DNA of 64,000 bases from Cyanobacteria bacterium J06626_4 (GTDB lineage: Bacteria > Cyanobacteriota > Cyanobacteriia > Phormidesmidales > Phormidesmidaceae). The notes beneath the pieces were generated by a model, which saw only the letters and a list, made by a program, of their open reading frames with translations, made no database searches and had not been told where the DNA came from. Both the position numbers and the translations under genes were made by a program. Of the stretch, positions 62,338 to 64,000 are shown piece by piece (position 1 is the first letter of the stretch; each line of letters begins with the position of its first letter). The stretch spans positions 85,249 to 149,248 of the forward strand of contig JBCBJQ010000004.1 in assembly GCA_038523235.1 (NCBI GenBank). The letters are read 5' to 3'.

Positions 62338-62763
62338 TCAATTGGTTAAAATCAGTGAGCTAGCCTGGTCAACCACACCTCGCCTTTCAACCATTTGCCC
62401 TAGCTCTGCAGCCTCATAGCGACCTTCAAAGGCTTCCAGAGCCGCCTGCCGCAACGCCGAGTCATAGGCATCTTCCAGGGTTTCCTGAAGTTCTTCCACC
62501 GTTAGGTAGAAGCCCCCGGATTTGCGCCGTCGATTAGTTCGCTGAATTTGCTTGACTGCATTGAAAATAGACGTATCCCAGGAGCGAGTTGTTCGTTCTT
62601 CCACCGCCTGTTTAATCAAATGCAGAAGCAGGACAACGCTGAAACTAAAGATCTTGTTGAGTTTGTCATCCTTGCTCATCTCCGTCATTTCCTCGACCAA
62701 GAGCAAAGCATCGCTGACGCGGTCAGCTAACAGCAATTCTCGCAGCTCCAGCAACTCTTCCAT
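62338..62763 (-). CDS. DUF29-family protein
   Basis: MEELLELRELL, EEMTEMSKDDK, LLLHLIK and RSW motifs. Confidence 0.8.
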   Translation of the reverse strand: MEELLELRELLLADRVSDALLLVEEMTEMSKDDKLNKIFSFSVVLLLHLIKQAVEERTTRSWDTSIFNAVKQIQRTNRRRKSGGFYLTVEELQETLEDAYDSALRQAALEAFEGRYEAAELGQMVERRGVVDQASSLILTN

Positions 62764-62852
62764 ATCACCCTCAAAGGCACTTCTTGTTAATTCGCCAATA
62801 CTTTCAACTACATCATAGAGAGTCTATTCATTGCGGCGCTTAGCTACGTGAC

Positions 62853-62896
62853 ATCAGTACTACTGGGTTGAGGGGATTCAACCCAGTAGTACTGAT
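62853..62896. repeat. Perfect 19-bp inverted repeat
   Basis: ATCAGTACTACTGGGTTGA-GGGGAT-TCAACCCAGTAGTACTGAT. Confidence 0.9.
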
Positions 62897-62963
62897 AGCT
62901 TCGCCCATCAGCCAGCGGGCCAAATCGACGGACAAGGTTTTGAGCAAGAATTTGTAGATTACG

Positions 62964-63998
62964 TCAAACATCCGTGTTCGCTAGCTGAAAGTAAGCCTCC
63001 ACGACCGAGACTAACAGGCTGGCTTTATAGGCACTCCTAAAATCTTTGGATGAATCAACGGTTGGTCTTATGATGCAGTTTTCTAGAGTCGGCAGTTGAG
63101 TCATAACTTGCTGCAAAATAGCTAAGCCAGTGTCGGCATCATCTTGCTGGCTGGCAGAGACACAAACCTTTTGCAGGTCTTGCACCACATCATCCAAGTA
63201 TTCTGCTTTGGGACTAACACCTGCCAGCCGCAGAGCTAGATCTTTAAGGGATGCTTCGGTGATCTGCTCTGCGATCGCTAAAGCTTCCTCTATTGAGCCT
63301 TGCTGAATCCAGGATTGCACTCGGAGAACTCGTTGCAAATTGGCAATATGAGCGTTGTCACCAGCAAGAGTTTCCTCAACAGCTTCTGCTGTTTGGGCTC
63401 TTTCGGCTACCGCCCTGTCATCTGACTGATGGGTCATGTGCCTGTTTAGCTCACCCCAGACATGGGCAATATCATTCAAAACAGCCTCGTGGCAAACCGA
63501 TTTATCGGGTTCATCAAGGCTAATTCCCTCGGCTAGCTGCCTAGCTTCCTCAAGGAGAGAGCTAGCATGGTCAAACTGATTCAGCTGCGTCCTGTGCCCG
63601 GCCATGATTCGCAAAGCTTGAGCCTTAACACTCAAATGGGTCTCGGCAATCACAAAGCTTTCAACTTCCTTCAATAAGCCGAACCAATGCTCCAAATCAG
63701 CCTTTCGTCTGACGAAACAGTTAAAAACACCTTGCAAAGCACAAACTCTCTGACTCGGATACAGAATCTGCCCAACTAGCGATATGGCTCTCTCTGCCTG
63801 TAGGTGATAAGCATAGGTACCAGCAGTGTCTGATAAGACAAAATCTCGTTGCCATCCTAAGGAGCTGGCCAAAATCACATTCGCAACCTGCTCGTGCTTG
63901 GAGTTCAAAATGGCAGTGATGTTGATTGACCTCAGAGCTAAAGCTTTATCAAATTCATCAAAGATTTTTTGTGCGACCTGAATTGCTCGGTCAAATAG
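62964..63998 (-). CDS. Alpha-helical (TPR-like) hypothetical protein, 5' partial
   Basis: Frame stays open to the window edge (LFDRAIQVAQKIFDEFDKALALRSI...), so the listed start at 63908 is probably not the true start. Confidence 0.65.
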   Translation of the reverse strand, partial: LFDRAIQVAQKIFDEFDKALALRSINITAILNSKHEQVANVILASSLGWQRDFVLSDTAGTYAYHLQAERAISLVGQILYPSQRVCALQGVFNCFVRRKADLEHWFGLLKEVESFVIAETHLSVKAQALRIMAGHRTQLNQFDHASSLLEEARQLAEGISLDEPDKSVCHEAVLNDIAHVWGELNRHMTHQSDDRAVAERAQTAEAVEETLAGDNAHIANLQRVLRVQSWIQQGSIEEALAIAEQITEASLKDLALRLAGVSPKAEYLDDVVQDLQKVCVSASQQDDADTGLAILQQVMTQLPTLENCIIRPTVDSSKDFRSAYKASLLVSVVEAYFQLANTDV

Positions 63999-64000
63999 CC

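Noticed and set aside
1..64000. Frequent GCGATCGC as a novel repeat, and any CRISPR array, rRNA, tRNA or IS transposase
   Set aside because: GCGATCGC is the known cyanobacterial HIP1 octamer; no regularly spaced repeat-spacer array, structural RNA gene or transposase ORF was seen

Overview
A 64-kb stretch of a cyanobacterial chromosome (abundant HIP1 octamer GCGATCGC; psaK, apcF, ccsB/ccdA, cyanoexosortase B). Gene content and repeat style suggest a filamentous Leptolyngbya/Nodosilinea-like organism, which is inference. It is mostly core genes: ctaE 3' end, a cyanoexosortase B/Wza/Wzc surface-polysaccharide operon, prx, pgl, nanE, desB-desA, a HerA-like ATPase, ppc, a DUF1574-like protein plus MBOAT acyltransferase, fni, ssb, mreBCD, trpF, psaK, apcF, carB, a Ser/Thr-kinase/AAA/GAF/His-kinase hybrid, dusA, Lrp-LysE, hemJ and ccsB-ccdA. 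I saw no rRNA, tRNA, CRISPR array, intact transposase or prophage, and I cannot demonstrate a new biological system. The best leads are: (1) a 1060-aa membrane protein with four copies of an uncharacterised N-terminal repeat and an SGNH-like domain, translationally coupled to an MBOAT; (2) a free-standing ~70-nt sRNA candidate with anti-SD motifs downstream of carB; (3) a hidden nonsense-interrupted DUF2330-like remnant at the end of the exosortase operon; (4) a small gene directly upstream of ppc; (5) an in-frame short-tandem-repeat insertion in carB; (6) a ~116-bp MITE-like element and REP-like palindromes; (7) a frameshifted GNAT pseudogene. Family names come from motif recognition only; no database searches were run.
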